Assembly (NCBI GenBank): GCA_040905905.1
Contig: JBBDQN010000029.1
Span: 47,154 to 111,153, forward strand
Direction of reading: 5' to 3'
From: Acidimicrobiia bacterium
GTDB taxonomy: Bacteria; Actinomycetota; Acidimicrobiia; Spongiisociales; ZC4RG35
DNA length: 64,000 bases
Positions 49,002-58,421 of this stretch are shown in pieces. Position numbers and translations under genes: made by a program. Every line of letters begins with the position of its first letter. Position 1 is the first letter of the stretch. The notes beneath the pieces are model-generated. The model worked only from the letters and a program-made list of their open reading frames with translations, made no database searches and was not told where the DNA came from.

Positions 49002-49382
49002 TTATCGGCGGCGCCCGTACCACGCGAGCACGCGCATGGCGCGAAGGGTGTTCCAGCGGCTCGGCTTGCCGTCGCCTTCCTCCATGTCGAAGTGAACCCG
49101 ACCGGGATGGGTGTTATCCAGAGGCCATCGCCCGTCCGGGTCCCGCTTGCTCTCCACGAGGTCGATCGCCTCAGCAGATCTCTCATCAGTCCAGGCTGGG
49201 AGTTGAGGCCTGCCCCATTGACCCTCTGGGTCCTGGAGTGCGAGCAGCCGAGCCCCCCAACCCTCGGTGGCAATCCGGGATCGCTCAGCTGCCACCGCGT
49301 CGTTGGGTTCGTCGGTGAGATCCCTCATCACCTGCCAACGGATCGACGGATCCGAGTCAAGTAGCCACTCCGTGACAGTCAT
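49002..49382 (-). pseudogene. internally deleted, in-frame mini-copy of the 23786-24922 squalene-cyclase-like gene (126 aa)
   Basis: N- and C-terminal blocks ~95-97% identical to the full gene, joined as ...GRPQLPAWT-DERSAEA... Confidence 0.8.
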
Positions 49383-49590
49383 GGACCCGCTTTTCGTCAC
49401 GTGACCTCCTCCCTTGATCTGAAAAACCTGCAATCAACAGTGAGTCGAACTTACCGTCGCACGGCGCTCGGCGATATTTCGACCGCAGATTTCATATCCA
49501 CGCTCTTCGCACTTCGATTCACCACCGGCGCTAGGGTACGTAATGAAGCGTCACCGTCACCAGTAAGAGGCGGATAGGTATTCTCGATCG

Positions 49591-50247
49591 ATGGGCGAGA
49601 GGATCCACATCGATGCGGCGCCTGGAGACACCGATGCCTACCTCGCACCGGCGCGCCCGCCGCCCGGGGCGCCCATCCTGCTGCTCCATGCCTGGTGGGG
49701 CCTCAACGAAACGATCCGCGATCTCGCCGACCGGCTCGCCGGCGACGGGTTCACGGTCATGGCGCCGGATCTGTTCAACGCCGTCCTGACCACGATCGAG
49801 GATGCCGAGGCGCACACCACGGCGATCGAGCAGGGCGGTGGCCAGTCCGGAGGGCTGAATCCGGACCGCATCATGGGACGTGTCCGGGCGGCCCTCGACC
49901 ATCTTCTGGCGGACTCGGGCGCGCGCGGAGACCGGGCCGGGATCATCGCCCTGAGCTTCGGCGGTTGGTACGGGAGCCAGGTCGCGGCTTCTCGACCCGA
50001 TGTCGCCGCCTTCGTGTCTATCTACAGCGATGTTTTCGAGGCGCCTGGCGGAGCCGCATACCTGGGCCACTTTGCCGAGCAGGACCCGTACGTCGACGCC
50101 ACCCAGGTGGCAGACGGCAGCACCGTGCACGTCTACCCGGGGACGAAGCATTGGTTCATGGAATCGGACCGACCCGAGTTCGACGCCGCGGCGACCGAGC
50201 TCGCCTACGCGCGGACCGTCGCGTTCCTGCGCGAGCAGCTCGATTAG
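49591..50247 (+). CDS. dienelactone hydrolase family protein
   Basis: HAWWGLN, APDLF, ALSFGG, HFAEQD, YPGTKHWF; TATTCT 6 nt before ATG. Confidence 0.88.
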   Translation: MGERIHIDAAPGDTDAYLAPARPPPGAPILLLHAWWGLNETIRDLADRLAGDGFTVMAPDLFNAVLTTIEDAEAHTTAIEQGGGQSGGLNPDRIMGRVRAALDHLLADSGARGDRAGIIALSFGGWYGSQVAASRPDVAAFVSIYSDVFEAPGGAAYLGHFAEQDPYVDATQVADGSTVHVYPGTKHWFMESDRPEFDAAATELAYARTVAFLREQLD

Positions 50248-50350
50248 CTAGGAATAGACGCGAACCCGGCCAGCTTGCCGTCCCGCCAGGTGTCAGCCAC
50301 AGTCTCCAAGGTTCGCATGGCCTGACAGGGTGCGGCCTAAAGGACTCCTC

Positions 50351-50369
50351 GTGTTCGCACTGCGTACAC
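50351..50369. promoter_or_regulatory. PcaR/PobR-type operator
   Basis: Near-palindrome GTGTTCGCACTGCGTACAC upstream of pcaR; TAGACT -10 at 50376-50381. Confidence 0.7.
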
Positions 50370-50388
50370 ACCTCGTAGACTGGAAGGG

Positions 50389-51162
50389 ATGGAGCGCAAA
50401 GCCGACCATGTCCGGGCGTTGGAACGCGGGCTGGCGGTAATCAACGCATTTTCCGCCGAGCACCAGCGGCTCACATTGAGCGAAGTCGCTCGTCGCACCG
50501 GTCTGACCCGAGCGACCGCCCGGCGGCTACTTCACACTCTGGTCAACCTTGGCTACGTCGAGCAGCAGAACACATCTTTCGTCCTCCTCCCCAAGGTCCT
50601 CGATCTCGGTTATTCGTATCTGTCGGCGTTGAGGCTCCCCGATCTCGCCCTCCCTGTCATGGAAGAACTGGTAGTGAGTATCAGGGAGTCCTCGTCGATG
50701 GCAGTGCTCGATGGTCACGAGATCGTCTATGTAGCACGGGTGCCGACGACGAGAATCATGACTATCGCCCTGGCTTTGGGCTCTCGTCTTCCCGCCTTTG
50801 CCACGTCCATGGGCAGGGTGCTGCTGGCCGGCCTGCCCCGCCCGGACTTCGATCGCTATCTGAGCGAGGTCGTATTGAAGCCGCTCACCTCTCGCACCGT
50901 GAACAGCAGAAGCCAGCTACGAGAGATCATCGACCAAACCCGTGGAAAGGGCTGGTGCCTGGTCGATCAGGAGCTCGAGGACGGGGTGCGGTCGATCGCC
51001 GCACCAATCGCCAATAGTCATGGGCGGGTCCTGGCTGCCCTCAACGTCTCCTGCCATGCCTCCCGATCGACAGTTGACCAGATGATCGACGATTACCTGC
51101 CCAAGCTGCTGGAAGCAACTGCTGTTATCACCAAGCGGGCCGGCTCCTTGGTTCGAACCTAG
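50389..51162 (+). CDS. pcaR: IclR family regulator, PcaR/PobR type
   Basis: LERGLAVI, LTRATARRLL, GSRLPAFATSMGRVLL, DQELEDG. Confidence 0.88.
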   Translation: MERKADHVRALERGLAVINAFSAEHQRLTLSEVARRTGLTRATARRLLHTLVNLGYVEQQNTSFVLLPKVLDLGYSYLSALRLPDLALPVMEELVVSIRESSSMAVLDGHEIVYVARVPTTRIMTIALALGSRLPAFATSMGRVLLAGLPRPDFDRYLSEVVLKPLTSRTVNSRSQLREIIDQTRGKGWCLVDQELEDGVRSIAAPIANSHGRVLAALNVSCHASRSTVDQMIDDYLPKLLEATAVITKRAGSLVRT

Positions 51163-51947
51163 CCGGAAGCCGGTTTCCAGCTCGAGTGCGCTTCGCGGGT
51201 GCGGCGCCGCAGCTCTCGCAAGGTCGCAAGCTCCATGTCGGTCGGCGGTGGGGTAACCGACAGATCATCGGCGACCTTCAGGTTCCAGCCGGTCTCTTCC
51301 AACACCTTCGACACCTCTACTCGTGGGTGAATCGAGCTAAGGATGAGCTCTTTGGTTTGTTGGTCGGGTCGAAGCACTCCCAGGTTGGTGATGACCGCGG
51401 CTGGGCCGGCGCCGCCCAGCCATGACCGTCCGCCGCCGTTACGGCCAAACCCGACCGAGGTCAGAAAGTCGACCCGTTCCACAAAGGCGCGGCGTTGATG
51501 GCGCATCATCACCAACACCTCACCGACGGCACCTGCTATTTCCGGTGCTCCTCCCGCCCCCGGCAAACGCACCTGCGGACTCTCGTACGGACCAATGACA
51601 GTGCTGTTGAGATTGGCGTACTTGTCAATCTGTGCAGCCGACAGGAATCCGACGTCGATCCTTCCCCCCTGCAACCAGTATGAGAAGATCTCGGGGACGC
51701 TCACGACGGACACCGCCGTCTCGGCGAGCTCACCATCGCCGATAGAAAGGGGCAACACCCTGGGACTGGTCCCGATCGTCCCCGATTCGTAGATCAGGAC
51801 CAGGTTGGGTGCGTGGGTGAGATGGGCCAGGTTGGCCGCCTCGCTCGGCGGCCCAATCCCAACAAAGCAGACGGCCCCGTCACGTAGCTGGCGAGCAGCA
51901 GTGACGGTCATCATCTCGTCAGATGAGTAGGCCTCAGTAGAACTCAT
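51159..51947 (-). CDS. pcaJ: 3-oxoadipate CoA-transferase subunit B (glutaconate CoA-transferase/CatJ type)
   Basis: FVGIG, LIYESG, AQID..ANLNST, LPGAGGA. Confidence 0.85.
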   Translation of the reverse strand: MSSTEAYSSDEMMTVTAARQLRDGAVCFVGIGPPSEAANLAHLTHAPNLVLIYESGTIGTSPRVLPLSIGDGELAETAVSVVSVPEIFSYWLQGGRIDVGFLSAAQIDKYANLNSTVIGPYESPQVRLPGAGGAPEIAGAVGEVLVMMRHQRRAFVERVDFLTSVGFGRNGGGRSWLGGAGPAAVITNLGVLRPDQQTKELILSSIHPRVEVSKVLEETGWNLKVADDLSVTPPPTDMELATLRELRRRTREAHSSWKPASG

Positions 51948-51950
51948 GGT

Positions 51951-52826
51951 TTAGTCACGGCCCTTCCGCGTTTGTGCCGTGGCCTCACTCAGGAGCTCGA
52001 TGTACTCGGCATGATCCGACGTTTCCAAAACAAAGTGGCGCAGCCACTCTTCGAATAATTCCCGATCGGCGGAGATCCGGTCCCACTCCAGATAGAACCG
52101 GTTTCCGCGGGATGAATAGCCCATGGCGTAGGAGGGGTGACATCCTTGCGGAACCGGCACCACCGCGCTCACCACAAAAGATGGCAGGACCACGTGGTTG
52201 GGCCCGTGAGGCGCGAGCTGGTCGACCACCTCTTCGACGGTGACGATCGACGTGCGGGCGGCCAGCACCGCTTCTTTCTGCACTCCGGTTATGCCCCAAA
52301 AGGCGACGTTGCCTTGCCAATCCGCCTGCTGGGCGTGAATGACGGTGACGTCCGGGCGGAGGGCGGCCACTGCTGCTAACTCCTCACCGGTGAAAGGGCA
52401 GGTAATAGTGGTGATGCTCCTGGTTTGGGCCGGGAGATCGGTCCCGGCATATGCCCGCAGCACTCCCAGGGGCAAGCCGGCAGCGCCGGCGACGTAACGA
52501 GCTGCCATCCCGGCATGGCTGTGCTCTTCTATTTCCAGTGAGCGGGGGTATCCGTTTTCAACCGCGTCACGGAAACGGTGCAGCGAACCCACTCCCGGAT
52601 TACCTCCCCAGGAGAAGATCAGCTTGCGGACGCAGCCGGCCCCGATCAGCTGGTCGTAAATCAGATCGGGGGTAAGTCGGCAAAGGGTGAGATCCCGCCT
52701 CCCCTGCCTGATCACCTCGTGGCCGGCGGCGAAAGGGATCAGATGGGTGAAACCCTCCATGGCGATAACGTCGCCATCGTGGATGAGCTCACTTACCGCC
52801 TCCGCCAGGGTCGTGATCTCCGTCAC
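51951..52826 (-). CDS. pcaI: 3-oxoadipate CoA-transferase subunit A (CatI type)
   Basis: EGFTHLIPFAAGHE, FSWGGNPGVGSL, HAQQAD. Confidence 0.85.
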   Translation of the reverse strand: MTEITTLAEAVSELIHDGDVIAMEGFTHLIPFAAGHEVIRQGRRDLTLCRLTPDLIYDQLIGAGCVRKLIFSWGGNPGVGSLHRFRDAVENGYPRSLEIEEHSHAGMAARYVAGAAGLPLGVLRAYAGTDLPAQTRSITTITCPFTGEELAAVAALRPDVTVIHAQQADWQGNVAFWGITGVQKEAVLAARTSIVTVEEVVDQLAPHGPNHVVLPSFVVSAVVPVPQGCHPSYAMGYSSRGNRFYLEWDRISADRELFEEWLRHFVLETSDHAEYIELLSEATAQTRKGRD

Positions 52827-52842
52827 CGGTCACCTGCTTCCT

Positions 52843-52876
52843 GTACGCAGAGCGTCCATTCGTGCGACTAGCGTAC
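52843..52876. promoter_or_regulatory. two PcaR-type boxes in the divergent pcaI/pobA region
   Basis: GTACGCAGAGCGTCC (52843-52857) and GTGCGACTAGCGTAC (52862-52876) match the box at 50353-50367. Confidence 0.7.
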
Positions 52877-52905
52877 AGGACCGGCACAAGGGTCGCCGGC
52901 GCAGC

Positions 52906-54093
52906 ATGAGCCAGATCCCAAAACGCACGCAGGTAACCATTGTCGGAGGGGGCCCAGCCGGCTCGCTGCTCGCACACCTCCTCCATCTCGCGGGCATCGA
53001 GAGTGTGATCCTCGAGCTGCGGACCCGCCAACATGTGCTCGAACGGGTCCGCGCCGGGGTTATCGAGCACGGCAGCGCCGGGGTTCTGAGGGATGCTGGC
53101 CTTGGCAACAGGATGGATCAGGAAGGCTTCATTCACGAAGGTGTGAACCTTGCCTTCGGTGGGCGTTTGACCCGCATCGACTTCATGGGGCTCGTCGGCA
53201 AGTACGTCATCATCTATGGGCAGACCGAACTGCAAAAGGACCTATATCAAGCCATCGACGCAGGCGACATCTCCCTCGTCGACGAAGCGGAAGGAGTTGA
53301 GCTCCACGACATTTCCGGCGCTCGCCCCACAGTCACCTTCCTCCGGCAAGGAAAGCGGCAAGAGCTGGAGTGTGACTTTGTGGTGGGCTGTGACGGTGCT
53401 CATGGCGTCACTCGCGAGTACATACCCAAGCCCCTCCTCCGGAGCTTCGAGCGAACATATCCGTTCGTATGGGTGGGGGTACTAAGCCCCACCCCCCCGG
53501 TTGCAGACGAGCTGATCTATGCAAATCACGAGACCGGGTTCGCCCTCTGCTCGATGAGGAACAGGCAGCTGAGCCGGTACTACGTGCAGGGCTCCGCAGA
53601 CGACCAGATCGAAGACTGGCCCGATGACCGGTTCTGGGAGGTGCTCAAGAACCGCTTGCCGTCGGGCGTCTCCGAACGCCTGGTGACCGGACCTACCATC
53701 GAAAAGCTTGTGACCCCCCTCCGCAGTTGGGTAGTAGAGCCGATGAGCTTCGGGCGCCTGTACTTGGCCGGTGACGCCGCCCATGTCGTTCCCCCGACCG
53801 GCGCCAAGGGACTCAATCTCGCCATCTCCGACGTGGTCTATTTGGCCGAGGCTTTCGCCGATCGCTACCGAACAGGTTCGATGACGGGGCTCGACGGTTA
53901 TTCGATAACCGCTCTCTCCCGGGTGTGGAGGGCGGTGCGATTCTCCTGGTGGATGACAACCATGATGCACCACTTCCCGGGGATCGCCCACGACTTCGAG
54001 CGGAGGCTGCAACTGTCCGAACTCGAATATCTTGCTGCGTCCGAGAACGCCCGGCGGACGATGGCCGAAGGCTATGTGGGGCCTTCCCCATGA
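52906..54093 (+). CDS. pobA: 4-hydroxybenzoate 3-monooxygenase
   Basis: RAGVIE, YGQTE, GCDG.HG, ELIYANH, AGDAAHVVPPTGAKGLN, AEGYVG. Confidence 0.95.
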   Translation: MSQIPKRTQVTIVGGGPAGSLLAHLLHLAGIESVILELRTRQHVLERVRAGVIEHGSAGVLRDAGLGNRMDQEGFIHEGVNLAFGGRLTRIDFMGLVGKYVIIYGQTELQKDLYQAIDAGDISLVDEAEGVELHDISGARPTVTFLRQGKRQELECDFVVGCDGAHGVTREYIPKPLLRSFERTYPFVWVGVLSPTPPVADELIYANHETGFALCSMRNRQLSRYYVQGSADDQIEDWPDDRFWEVLKNRLPSGVSERLVTGPTIEKLVTPLRSWVVEPMSFGRLYLAGDAAHVVPPTGAKGLNLAISDVVYLAEAFADRYRTGSMTGLDGYSITALSRVWRAVRFSWWMTTMMHHFPGIAHDFERRLQLSELEYLAASENARRTMAEGYVGPSP

Positions 54094-54114
54094 CGAACAC
54101 CAAGGAGGCAGGTA

Positions 54115-54483
54115 ATGGGCTCGATTGAGGAAGGGATGGAGGTACGGCGCCAGGTCCTGGGGTCGGAACACGTCGACCGGGTGACGGCGGCAACCAGCGA
54201 ACTCGATCGCGACTTTCAAGATTGGATCACCGAGAACGTCTGGGGCGGGATCTGGACCCGACCAGGTCTCGACCTGAAGACGAGGAGCATGCTCACGATC
54301 GCGATACTGGGCGCCCTCAACCACGAAGAGCTCGAGCTGCATCTAAGAGCGACGCGTAATACCGGAGTGACGCCGCCCGAGGTGGCCGAGGTTCTCCTCC
54401 ACGTCGCCGCCTATGCCGGCGTCCCCGCCGCCAACCGGGCTTTCAAGCTCGCCAAGTCGATTTACGAGCAGGAGACGCTGTGA
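54115..54483 (+). CDS. pcaC: 4-carboxymuconolactone decarboxylase
   Basis: GMEVRRQVLG, WGGIWTRPGL, YAGVPAAN. Confidence 0.92.
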   Translation: MGSIEEGMEVRRQVLGSEHVDRVTAATSELDRDFQDWITENVWGGIWTRPGLDLKTRSMLTIAILGALNHEELELHLRATRNTGVTPPEVAEVLLHVAAYAGVPAANRAFKLAKSIYEQETL

Positions 54484-55205
54484 CCGAACCTCCCGTTCGC
54501 CATTACGGGCCCCGGGCCTATGCCGACCATCCTCCGTTCCGCTATCCCGACTACAAGTCGACGATCAAGCGAAGTCCGACTCATGACCTGGTGAGCATCG
54601 TGGCGACTCTTACTGAGACCACTGGTCCCGGCCCGGTCTGGTCGGAGATCGCCGAAGAGGACGCCGATCTCACCACCAACGCCGGCACTGGAGGCGAGGC
54701 CATCGGAGAGCGGATCATCGTCTACGGCCAGGTCCTCGATGAGAACGGGCGCGGAGTCCCGGGGACGATCCTCGAGATCTGGCAGGCCAATGCCTCCGGA
54801 CGATACGCCCACTGGCGAGAAACCGCCTTTCCGGCCCCTCTCGACCCCAACTTCATCGGGGTTGGCCAATGCCTAACAAATGAACGGGGAGAGTACCGGT
54901 TCACCACGATCAAACCGGGACCCTATCCGTGGGGCAACCATCCCAACGCCTGGCGACCGGCCCACATCCACTTCTCGGTCTTGGGTCCCGCCCTCGGCAG
55001 CCGCCTGGTCACCCAGATGTACTTCGAGGGCGATCCGCTCCTGGCCCTCGACCCGATCTTCAACTCCGCCCCCGAGCATTCTCGGCACCGGATGATCAGC
55101 CACTACGACCATGACCTCACCGTCGAGAACTGGGCACTTGGATACCGCTTCGACATCGTCCTCCGGGGCGAGCTGAGCGCCCTGAGAGAGGAAACCGAGG
55201 AGTGA
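54480..55205 (+). CDS. pcaH: protocatechuate 3,4-dioxygenase beta subunit (canonical)
   Basis: PDYKST, GRY, PYPWGNH, WRPAHIH. Confidence 0.95.
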   Translation: MTEPPVRHYGPRAYADHPPFRYPDYKSTIKRSPTHDLVSIVATLTETTGPGPVWSEIAEEDADLTTNAGTGGEAIGERIIVYGQVLDENGRGVPGTILEIWQANASGRYAHWRETAFPAPLDPNFIGVGQCLTNERGEYRFTTIKPGPYPWGNHPNAWRPAHIHFSVLGPALGSRLVTQMYFEGDPLLALDPIFNSAPEHSRHRMISHYDHDLTVENWALGYRFDIVLRGELSALREETEE

Positions 55206-55810
55206 GCCCCCAACTCGGCCAGACTCCTTCGCAGACCGTCGGACCATTTTTCTCGATGCGCCTCGGCGGGAAGGGCCAGAACGTGATTGCTACCCCGGGC
55301 GGTGAACGGATCACGGTTACCGGCCGGGTTCTAGACGGCGCCCGCCTCCCGATCGAAGACGCCCTCCTCGAGTTCTGGCAGGCCAACCCTGGTGGCCGCT
55401 ACCGCCATCCCGACGACAACCGGCCCGACGACAACCGGCCCGACGACAACCCGGAGCCGGCAATCGCTCCTAGCTTCACCGGCTTCGCCCGGGCTATGAC
55501 CGATTTCGAGTCTGGCGTGTGGCGTTTGGAAACGGTCAAGCCGGGGAGGTTGCCCGACTCTGAAGGCGCCCTCCAGGCCCCCCATGTCTCGGTGATCGTG
55601 CAAGCTCGTGGGACACTCAATCCCGTCTTCACCCGCATCTATCTCTCCGACGAGGACGAGGCGAATCGCGATGACCTGATCCTCCGTCAGGCTCCCCGAG
55701 AGCGGAGCCATACCCTCATTGCCAAGCTCATCCCCGGCTCGACCCCCAAGCTGTACGAATTCGACATCAAGTTCCAGGGGGACGATGAGACTGTGTTCTT
55801 CGACTTCTAG
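55202..55810 (+). CDS. pcaG: protocatechuate 3,4-dioxygenase alpha subunit (canonical)
   Basis: TPSQTVGPFF, QAPH, QARG, QGDDETVFFDF. Confidence 0.93.
   Translation: MSPQLGQTPSQTVGPFFSMRLGGKGQNVIATPGGERITVTGRVLDGARLPIEDALLEFWQANPGGRYRHPDDNRPDDNRPDDNPEPAIAPSFTGFARAMTDFESGVWRLETVKPGRLPDSEGALQAPHVSVIVQARGTLNPVFTRIYLSDEDEANRDDLILRQAPRERSHTLIAKLIPGSTPKLYEFDIKFQGDDETVFFDF
55409..55453 (+). repeat. 3 x 15-bp in-frame tandem repeat in pcaG
   Basis: CCCGACGACAACCGG x2 plus CCCGACGACAACCCG, encoding PDDNR-PDDNR-PDDNP. Confidence 0.9.
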
Positions 55811-55825
55811 TTTGGCCCCTTTCCC

Positions 55826-56968
55826 ATGACCTCATTGCCCACTTTCGATCCCGGTTTCAGCACGGTTGCCATGTCAGAGGTATGGACAGCCACCAGTCGA
55901 GCCAACGCCATCCTCGAGTTCGAAGCCGCCCTGGCCCTGGCCCTGGCCGAGACAGGGTTGGCGCCGGCAGAGGAGGCGGAGGCGGTGGCGGAGGCTTGCC
56001 GCCAGCCGCTAGCCGACCCTGAAGCGGTCTTGGCCTCCGCCTGGGAACAGGGCACCCCGCTGCTTGTCATTGTTGACGAGGTGAAGGCCCGCCTCGGCAA
56101 CGAGGCTCAAACCCGTTGGGTGCATTACGGCGCCACCAGCCAAGATGCTCTCGATACCGCCCAGATCCTCCAGTCCCGGCAGGGCCTCACCCTCCTCGAG
56201 TCGTCTCTCATTCGCATCGCCTACACCATGCGGGGACTGGTGCTGGCTCATCGAGAGCAACCGCAGATCGGTCGCACCTTCCTCCAACATGCCACGCCAA
56301 CCACGTTCGGTATGAGGGTGGCGATGTGGTTGGTGCCGACGTTGCGTCACCTGGAGGCGATGCGGGAGGTTCGTTCCGGCCTCGCCGTCCAGCTCGGAGG
56401 CCCGGTCGGCACCCGGGCCGATTATGGAGACGTATCGGAAGAGGTGGCCGAGGCTTTGGGTCGGAAACTGGGCCTCGCTAGCCCTTCCCACGCCTGGCAC
56501 ACCGACCGCTCTCGGATCGTGGACGTTATCAAAGCCATCGAGGGGCCGGTGGGCTGGCTGGCCAAGGTGGCCATGGACATCGCCCTCCTCGCCCAAAGCG
56601 ACACCGCCGAGGTCACCGTCCGAACCGGGGGGTCATCGAGTATGGCCGGCAAGCGCAACCCGATTGACCCGATCCGGGCCCTGGCCGCGGCCGACGCCTG
56701 CCGGGGGGCGGCAGCGATGATCACCCAGGCAAGGCCGCATGAGCTCGACCGTGCCCTCGGCTCGTGGCAGGTCGAATGGCTGGCCGTGCCGCTGGTGTTC
56801 CAAACCGCCGCCGCCGCCTGCGAAGCGATGGAGCAGGCGCTGGCGACCCTCGAGGTCGATGGTGGGCGCATGGCGTCCCGAGTTCCCCCCGAGCAGACTG
56901 CGGGCTCGGTGGGTCGCCAGATCGACCAAGTGCTCTCTTTGTTCGACCAGGTGGTGGGGACGGCTTGA
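55826..56968 (+). CDS. pcaB: 3-carboxy-cis,cis-muconate cycloisomerase
   Basis: VHYGATSQD, GRTFLQHA.PTTFG, GGSSSMAGKRNP (fumarase class II family); pca context. Confidence 0.88.
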   Translation: MTSLPTFDPGFSTVAMSEVWTATSRANAILEFEAALALALAETGLAPAEEAEAVAEACRQPLADPEAVLASAWEQGTPLLVIVDEVKARLGNEAQTRWVHYGATSQDALDTAQILQSRQGLTLLESSLIRIAYTMRGLVLAHREQPQIGRTFLQHATPTTFGMRVAMWLVPTLRHLEAMREVRSGLAVQLGGPVGTRADYGDVSEEVAEALGRKLGLASPSHAWHTDRSRIVDVIKAIEGPVGWLAKVAMDIALLAQSDTAEVTVRTGGSSSMAGKRNPIDPIRALAAADACRGAAAMITQARPHELDRALGSWQVEWLAVPLVFQTAAAACEAMEQALATLEVDGGRMASRVPPEQTAGSVGRQIDQVLSLFDQVVGTA

Positions 56969-57750
56969 CCCGGTCGAGACTGCGGACGGGGACCCTCAAG
57001 TGGACCGAGCAGGGACCTATCGACCAGCGAGGTCTGGTTCTTCTCCACTCGCTCGGCAGCGACAGCCAGCTGTGGGCGCCCCAACTCAAGGCCTTCGCCA
57101 CGCTGAGGCGGGTGGTTGCCATCGACCTCCCTGGCCATGGCCGGTCTATGGCCCATCCCGGCGAGTACGGCTTGGATGACCTTGGCGCCGACGTGCTCGC
57201 CATCGCCGACCAGACCGGTCTCGCTCGGTTCGACGTTTGCGGGATCTCCCTCGGCGGTCTCCTCGGTCTGTGGCTGGCGATCAACGCTCCCGAGCGGCTG
57301 CTGACCTTGGTAGCGAGCAACACGGCGGCGCGGGTGGGAAGCCGGGAGCTGTGGGCGGACCGCATCCAGGCCGTTATCGACCAGGGCATGGCGGGGATTC
57401 GCCCCAGTGTCGTTGCCCGATTCTTCACTCCCGATTTCGGCCGGCGTCGGCCGGAGGTACTCCGCCAGATCGAGGAGACATTCACCTCGGTGGACCCGGT
57501 GGGCTATATCGGGTGCTGCGCTGCTCTCCGCGATGGCGACCTCTCGGCCGCAATACCGAGCATCCGCTGCCCCACCCTGATCATGGCTGGGGAAAAAGAC
57601 CAGTCCACTCCCCCGGACCAGGCGGAGTGGCTTCAAAGACAGATACCCCACAGCCGGCTGAAGGTGATTCCCCAAGCGGCCCACCTGGCCAACCTCGAGC
57701 AGCCGGAGATTTTCACCCGTCTGGCGATGGACTTCCTGGAGTCGAGCTGA
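56965..57750 (+). CDS. pcaD: 3-oxoadipate enol-lactonase
   Basis: HSLGSD, GISLGG, GYIGCCAAL, AHLANLEQP; TTGA overlap with pcaB. Confidence 0.88.
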   Translation: MTRSRLRTGTLKWTEQGPIDQRGLVLLHSLGSDSQLWAPQLKAFATLRRVVAIDLPGHGRSMAHPGEYGLDDLGADVLAIADQTGLARFDVCGISLGGLLGLWLAINAPERLLTLVASNTAARVGSRELWADRIQAVIDQGMAGIRPSVVARFFTPDFGRRRPEVLRQIEETFTSVDPVGYIGCCAALRDGDLSAAIPSIRCPTLIMAGEKDQSTPPDQAEWLQRQIPHSRLKVIPQAAHLANLEQPEIFTRLAMDFLESS

Positions 57751-57767
57751 GAGACACCGGGTCCCGC

Positions 57768-57783
57768 CTGACCCATTGGTCAG
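57768..57783. promoter_or_regulatory. palindrome CTGACC-N4-GGTCAG (candidate TetR operator 1)
   Basis: Upstream of the TetR gene; identical arms recur at 61974-61989. Confidence 0.7.
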
Positions 57784-57815
57784 TACCTGACGGCGGACAC
57801 GGTACCCTCCGATCC

Positions 57816-58421
57816 GTGACCTCGAAGACTCTTGCCGAGCGGAGCCCTCGGGAGATGGAGATCATCCGCTCGGCCTACCAGATGATGGCGGACCGCGGCT
57901 CCCACCGCCTCACTCTCCTCGACATTGCCGAGGAGGCCGGCGTATCCAAGGCTCTTCTCCTCTATCACTTCGGCACGAAAGACGCCCTCCTCCATGCCGC
58001 CATGCAGTGGGCCCTGCAAAGGACAGCCGAGCGCATCCTGCGACGGCTTGAGCCGGCGACGACCGGAGCCGAGGCGATCAGCCTTCTAATCGACGCGGTG
58101 TTCATCGACCCCCAAGCCAACCGGGACTTCTACCTCTTTTACCTCGACCTGGTCGAGCACGCTGCCCGGGTGCCCCGCTTCGGAGAACTTCCCATGATGC
58201 TCACCGAGATCATCAACGGCCTTTACGCCGAGGTAATCGAAGCCGGAATGAGGGACGGCTCTTTTCAAGTCACCGACGCCCATCTGGCTGCCCGCAACAT
58301 GCGGGCTCTGATCGAGGGAACATTTCTGCAGTGGATGCAGACCGACAACTGGCGGACTACCCACAGCCAATGGCGGGATGCTTGCCAGCAAGCAATTCTC
58401 AGGCTCCTGGGCGTTGGCTGA
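57816..58421 (+). CDS. TetR family regulator
   Basis: LLDIAEEAGVSKALLLYHFGTKDAL; TACCCT 7 nt before GTG (leaderless). Confidence 0.92.
   Translation: MTSKTLAERSPREMEIIRSAYQMMADRGSHRLTLLDIAEEAGVSKALLLYHFGTKDALLHAAMQWALQRTAERILRRLEPATTGAEAISLLIDAVFIDPQANRDFYLFYLDLVEHAARVPRFGELPMMLTEIINGLYAEVIEAGMRDGSFQVTDAHLAARNMRALIEGTFLQWMQTDNWRTTHSQWRDACQQAILRLLGVG

Noticed and set aside
52906-54093. Possibility that PobA is a gallate-forming variant feeding the odd PcaHG
   Set aside because: The active-site Tyr and Thr motifs (ELIY, SRYY, PPTG, GYVG) look canonical
56422-57684. Long antisense and alternate-frame ORFs (also 15950-16972, 59402-60586, 18961-19848 and others)
   Set aside because: They are shadows of well-supported genes in GC-rich DNA with no recognisable motifs
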